NCBI GenBank assembly: GCA_965243025.1
Contig: CBDETY010000003.1
Coordinates: 3,776,001 to 3,840,000 of the forward strand
DNA length: 64,000 nt
Source of the DNA: Candidatus Latescibacterota bacterium
Lineage (GTDB): Bacteria; Latescibacterota; UBA2968; UBA8231
Reading direction: 5' to 3'
Part shown: positions 59,630 through 64,000 of the stretch, piece after piece
Numbering within the stretch: the first letter of the stretch is position 1
How the letters are laid out: each line of letters opens with the position of its first letter
Notes under the pieces: model-generated
What the model saw: only the letters and a program-made list of their open reading frames with translations
What the model was told of the DNA's origin: nothing
The model's database searches: none
Made by a program: the position numbers and the translations under genes

Positions 59630-60831
59630 CCACTCTGCTGCAGGTGAAAATCATGTCTACCCGCCCTGTCTCCAGACTTCATCACCTTTTTCCACCACAG
59701 TTCCAGAATCCGCCCGCGATTCACCACCACCTTCGCCTGGGTATTCATCCCGTTCGCCAGGGAGTACACTCGTTCCTCGTCTGATACAACCGGATCCAGA
59801 ATCGATACCCTCACGGAATACACCGCGCATCCGTCCGGAGCCACCTCTGACGGAGTGGTTGGCACCTCTTCCACCACCCCTTCGAAAATCTTGTATTCCA
59901 TATGCGGGAAAGCGTCCATGTAGAGCCTGGTCTGCTGGCCCGCCGCTATCTGGGGAAGGTCCATTTCCTTTATCATTACCTTTGCCTGCCAGGCATCTGT
60001 TCCCGCCACCTCCAGGATTCCCTCCCCCGCCTCGATTCTGTCCCCCACCCTCCGTGTCAGTTCCCGGGCCAGCACCATTCCGTTGGCTGGAGCAGCGATC
60101 CTGGTCTGTGCCAATCGGCTTCGTACCAGGGTACGGTCCTTTTCCAATTTCCCCCGCCGTTTCTCCAGGGTTCGCAGCTCCTGTCCCCTTCCTTCGACGG
60201 CCCTTAGCCGCTGCTCTGCCAGGGCGAGGTCGGCTTTTCCCTCCCGCAGGGCTGCGTTCGCCAGTCGGACCGGCAGCAGGTCCTGAAGAGGGCGCCGGGC
60301 TATTCCCTCAGGCACCAGGGCAACCGTGGAATACAGAGTTTGCTCGGCCACTATCTGCTCCAACTGAATCCGTATCCGCTCCAGATTCAGCCGTGCTTCT
60401 ACTACCTCGGCGCTCCTGGTCCTCCGGTCCTGCTCGATCTGCTCCTCGATCTCTCGCTGCTGGCTCCGGTTTACCTCCAGGTCCGCCTCGATTTTCTGGA
60501 GCTCCGTACGCCAGTCTGCATCGTCCAGGATCACCAGCAGGTCTCCTGCGTCTACCCGCTGCCCCGACCTGACGTGAACCTCCTTGATGATGCCACCGAT
60601 CATTGTCTTTACCTGGTGACGGTCCCGGGGCTCGACGACGCCCTGCCCCTCCACGGTTACATCCATGCCGAAATGCCAACTCAGGAGGCCGGCCAAGCCT
60701 ACCATCCCCCCTGCAAGCAGAAGAATCAGCCAGAGGAATGAGCGGACGATACCGAAACCGGGCCCCATGAACTCCTCGCCAGACCCGGGCCTGCCGGTCG
60801 GCTTTTCATCCGTCAGATTTCCTGACGGCAC
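59626..60831 (-). CDS. HlyD-family membrane fusion protein
   Basis: N-terminal TM, GGIIKEVHV..GQ.V..GD, coiled coil, IAAPANG, DAFP...Y; overlaps the ABC start. Confidence 0.9.
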   Translation of the reverse strand: MPSGNLTDEKPTGRPGSGEEFMGPGFGIVRSFLWLILLLAGGMVGLAGLLSWHFGMDVTVEGQGVVEPRDRHQVKTMIGGIIKEVHVRSGQRVDAGDLLVILDDADWRTELQKIEADLEVNRSQQREIEEQIEQDRRTRSAEVVEARLNLERIRIQLEQIVAEQTLYSTVALVPEGIARRPLQDLLPVRLANAALREGKADLALAEQRLRAVEGRGQELRTLEKRRGKLEKDRTLVRSRLAQTRIAAPANGMVLARELTRRVGDRIEAGEGILEVAGTDAWQAKVMIKEMDLPQIAAGQQTRLYMDAFPHMEYKIFEGVVEEVPTTPSEVAPDGCAVYSVRVSILDPVVSDEERVYSLANGMNTQAKVVVNRGRILELWWKKVMKSGDRAGRHDFHLQQSG

Positions 60832-60974
60832 CTGTTCCGGTGTGATCGCTGGCGTTGTCAGGGTTCGAAATCCCTTGGACTGCCGATCTGCCCGCAGTCC
60901 CTGATTTGATGGTTAAAAGCAGTCAGCCCCGCTCGGGAGGCCGCGGCATTTATTCATACTGACGGTTATCCGTC

Positions 60975-60990
60975 AGCAATGGCTATGCCA
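60975..60990 (-). promoter_or_regulatory. Sigma54 (-24/-12) promoter candidate for the hlyD-ABC cassette
   Basis: Minus strand TGGCATAGCCATTGCT matches TGGCAC-N5-TTGCW with exact GG-N10-GC spacing, about 145 bp upstream of hlyD. Confidence 0.75.
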
Positions 60991-61343
60991 GGAATGAGAT
61001 TTCCTGTGGCGCGAGGTTGGCCGCCCGCCGGTGGCGCCTGGTTATTGCAGGGAGACTCGGGTTTCAGGAAAGGGCTTGGGCATGACCGGCCATTCCATGA
61101 ACCGCGTTCCAAGTTGCAAGCTGTTTCGGTGGGATTGGTTGCTGAATGACCAGGATCCTCAGCTGACAGGACGCCTCACCCAGGCGCACCTGGGTGTTCT
61201 GCTACACAATCGTGTGTGCGGTTGGACACACTCCGACTCCCGCAACATCCCGCGAGAACACCCGCCGGGTTGGCCGCCCCGGAATTGGCTTCATTATATA
61301 TGGAGAAACCGAATCAGCTACGAAGGCCCTGGGAGGGATTTCG

Positions 61344-62129
61344 ATGAGTATCGAGAGAGAGAAAGAGGACTTCGCCGGCCGCGGGTATTTCATCGTCGAC
61401 GACGTCTTCGACCCCGATATGCTGGAACGGCTCGAGACCGCCTCCTGGAACGTCTGGAACAAGGTGCGGTCCGGAGAGGTGGACGTCGCCGGGATGGGGC
61501 CCGACGCAGGGGCGATCTTCGGGTTGATCGCCCCCGAATTCGGCGAGCCCGTGTTCGGCGAGCACTTCCTGACCCCGAAGCTGCTGCAATACGTCGAGGC
61601 CTTCCTGGGCAAGGAGTTACGGCTGGGCTACGTCCACCTGCGCAACGCCCGGGAATCCTACGACACCGGCTGGCACCGGGACGTCGGGGGGACGAACCGC
61701 GACCTCCCCTACGACGAGGAGATGGCCCTGCTCAACAAGCCGAAGACCAACTTCCGCTGGCAGCTTGCCCTGATCGACGACCGCTGCCTGTGGCTGGTCC
61801 CCTGGAGCCAGAGCCGCTACCGCACCGACGAGGAGCGGGACGCCCTCGTCTCCAACAAGCACAGGGATCTTCCCGGCATGGAGAACGTCGTCCTCAAGCG
61901 GGGGCAGACCCTGTTCTGGGACGGCAACACCATCCACCGCGGGAAGCTGCCCCCGGGCGTGAACGAGCGGCTCGTCCTGACTGGGGGGCTGTGCAAGTAC
62001 GACCCTGACGAACCCAGGCTCGAGCCGGACAAGCGTTTCCAGTGGCGGGTGGCCGAGAATATCGGGCCGGCCCTGCCCGACCGGGTGCGGCTCTGGTGGG
62101 AACGGTGGCTGGCGCTGCAGAAGAACTGA
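61344..62129 (+). CDS. PhyH-family Fe(II)/2OG dioxygenase
   Basis: FAGRGYF, WHRD, IHRG; GGAGG RBS; paralogue of 9958..10773. Confidence 0.87.
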   Translation: MSIEREKEDFAGRGYFIVDDVFDPDMLERLETASWNVWNKVRSGEVDVAGMGPDAGAIFGLIAPEFGEPVFGEHFLTPKLLQYVEAFLGKELRLGYVHLRNARESYDTGWHRDVGGTNRDLPYDEEMALLNKPKTNFRWQLALIDDRCLWLVPWSQSRYRTDEERDALVSNKHRDLPGMENVVLKRGQTLFWDGNTIHRGKLPPGVNERLVLTGGLCKYDPDEPRLEPDKRFQWRVAENIGPALPDRVRLWWERWLALQKN

Positions 62130-62156
62130 GACCCCAACTCCCTGGCTCCCATCGCA

Positions 62157-62957
62157 CTACCCATACTCCCCGCCCGCGTTCCACCCCGGGTACTGCTCCT
62201 CCAGCGCCGCCAGGGTCTCCACATCGTAGTAAGAATGCCCGGCCGGGGGAAACCGGAACAGCTCCCGCTTCTCCGCGCTGATCGAGCCGATGAACTCCCG
62301 GAAATGCTCCACCGACCCCAGGTTGGTGTAGCTGCTGACCCCTTCCCAGTAGTGGTCGGCCCGGCCGTAGATCCGGGTCACCGAGTAGCGCTGCCCCTCG
62401 CTCCCCCGGAACGTGGTGGCCGTGTGCCATAAATAGGTATTGAAGATCATCTGCGTGTTTCCCGGCACCGCCAGCATCACTCCCTTTGCCGTGTCGTCCC
62501 CGTACTTCTTGGGGATCACCATCATCGGCGCCTGGTCCTCCGCCACGTCCTCGGGGAAGTACCAGGTGCTGATCTGCCCGTAGCGGACGTCGCCGCACGG
62601 CGGCAGCAGCGAGTTGTTGCCGTTGTCCCGGTGCAGGCGGTGGTCCCTCGGTCCGTTGGGGTAGCGGGTCCAGTTGTGGGCGTAGCGGAAGTGGATCTTC
62701 TCGGTGTCGAGCACCCGCCGCACGAAGGCGATCAGGTCGGGATCGAGGATGAGGTGGTTGAAGTACTGCTCCTCGTACGGGAAGTCGTCCCTGAGCATGC
62801 CGTCTTCGGGCGGGTTGTCCCTGAGCTCCTCCCAGGGGGGCATGATCCGGCGCAGCAGGGCGGCTATGCGGGCCCGCGTCTCCTCGGGGTAGAATCCCTC
62901 GACCACTGCGTACCCCTGCTCCATGAAGGCTTCGAAATGGCTGTCGTCGAGCTGCAT
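62157..62957 (-). CDS. PhyH-family Fe(II)/2OG dioxygenase
   Basis: FMEQGYAVV, LHRD, LWHTA, QRY. Confidence 0.85.
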   Translation of the reverse strand: MQLDDSHFEAFMEQGYAVVEGFYPEETRARIAALLRRIMPPWEELRDNPPEDGMLRDDFPYEEQYFNHLILDPDLIAFVRRVLDTEKIHFRYAHNWTRYPNGPRDHRLHRDNGNNSLLPPCGDVRYGQISTWYFPEDVAEDQAPMMVIPKKYGDDTAKGVMLAVPGNTQMIFNTYLWHTATTFRGSEGQRYSVTRIYGRADHYWEGVSSYTNLGSVEHFREFIGSISAEKRELFRFPPAGHSYYDVETLAALEEQYPGWNAGGEYG

Positions 62958-62975
62958 CTCCCCTCCTCCTCCTGC

Positions 62976-64000
62976 CTACCAGGGCCGCTCCTGGTAGAGC
63001 GACGAGTCCCAGCGCTGGGCCATGACCAGGTCGGTCACCGCCTCTTCGGCGCTGGGCGATTTGAGCTGCCGCAGGGCGTCGGTCGCCATCAGGCTGACGT
63101 AGCCGCAGGGGTCGTCCAGCGCCTGCACCAGCTCCTTTTCGGCCGAGCCGGCCTGCGCCCCCAGGCGCGCCATGGCGGTGGCGGCGTTCACCCGCACCTG
63201 GTCGCGCGCCATCCAGGCCCGCTTTCCGGTCAGCACCTCCTCCCAGTCGGGGCGGGTCTCGACGAGGAAGCGGCGCATGCGCGGCAGGTAGCTTTTGGGC
63301 TCGTCCGCGATCGTGCCGAGGGCGTCGATGGCGGTGCGCACGATGCGGTGCGAGTCCTCCTCGAGGCAGCGGGTCAGGGCCGGCACCGCCCCGGCCGCCC
63401 TCGAGTCCATCTCCCCGAGCGCGAAGGCGGCGTTGATCCGCCCCCACTCCCCGGCCGAATCCAGCAGCCCGGTCAGGGGAGCGATCGCCGGTTTGCCGAC
63501 CGCCCCGAGGGCGTGGGCCTCGTCCATCATCTGCACGGTTCCCTCACTCCAGTACGCCGGCTCCCCCTCGACCCAGCCGCGGCGTCCGGCCTCTTCCAGT
63601 CTCGATATCAGCTCCGGAACCGCCGGCTCCCCGATGGCCCCCAGGGCGTAGGTTGCGGCGGCGCGCACCGGCTCGTGCCCCCCGTTGAGCAGCCGGACGA
63701 GGGCCGGCACCACCCCGGCGGCGCGCGGTCCCAGGGCCGCGGCCCGGTGGATGGAAGCCAGCATCTCGGCGGGGGGCCGGTCCCCTTCCAGGGCGGCGAT
63801 CAGGTCCTCTCCGTTGCCGCCTCCGTTGCCGCCTCCGTTGCCGTGGGCGGACCGGAAGCTGTCCCAGCGGTCCTCCTTGCCGCACATCCAGTCCCACATG
63901 TGCGACCAGACGACCTCGAGATCCCACGGCGCCTCGAGGTTCTCCGGGTTCTTCCACTGGAGGTCCTGGCACTTCCAGGCGGGGGCCTTCAGCCCGCTCC
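62976..64000 (-). CDS. HEAT-repeat (PBS lyase-like) protein, 5' end outside the window
   Basis: VR..A..ALG.IG..AVP.L repeats; frame is open to the window edge (SGLKAPAWKCQDLQW...). Confidence 0.8.
   Translation of the reverse strand, partial: SGLKAPAWKCQDLQWKNPENLEAPWDLEVVWSHMWDWMCGKEDRWDSFRSAHGNGGGNGGGNGEDLIAALEGDRPPAEMLASIHRAAALGPRAAGVVPALVRLLNGGHEPVRAAATYALGAIGEPAVPELISRLEEAGRRGWVEGEPAYWSEGTVQMMDEAHALGAVGKPAIAPLTGLLDSAGEWGRINAAFALGEMDSRAAGAVPALTRCLEEDSHRIVRTAIDALGTIADEPKSYLPRMRRFLVETRPDWEEVLTGKRAWMARDQVRVNAATAMARLGAQAGSAEKELVQALDDPCGYVSLMATDALRQLKSPSAEEAVTDLVMAQRWDSSLYQERPW

Overview
GC-rich bacterial window, about 55 CDS, with no rRNA, tRNA or transposase found. The mix of about 10 PhyH-type Fe(II)/2-oxoglutarate dioxygenases, TPR/CRTAC1 proteins, several Gfo/Idh/MocA and TIM-barrel sugar enzymes and a SWGRIKA-tailed secreted protein suggests a Latescibacterota/Poribacteria-like, possibly sponge-associated heterotroph; this is inference only. 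Housekeeping or catabolic loci: long-form GAPDH, selA, a 7xLysM amidase, a 5'-3' exonuclease, and a coxG-S-L-M molybdenum hydroxylase with xdhC and mocA. Signals the ORF track misses or splits: (1) a secreted peroxiredoxin-like selenoprotein with in-frame UGA (UxxC) and a SECIS-like hairpin, about 7 kb from selA; (2) an AT-richer export cassette (HlyD, ABC without C39 peptidase, unknown 125-aa Gly/Ser-rich protein, CPBP protease) behind a sigma54-type promoter; (3) a PhyH with HxG in place of HxD, a candidate halogenase; (4) a Schlafen/AlbA_2 + partner + PLD-nuclease/ATPase candidate defence module; (5) a clean tandem duplication of a PhyH gene with divergence clustered before the iron motif; (6) a riboswitch/attenuator-like leader; (7) three single-base frameshifts, probably assembly errors. 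All annotation was done by eye, without database searches.
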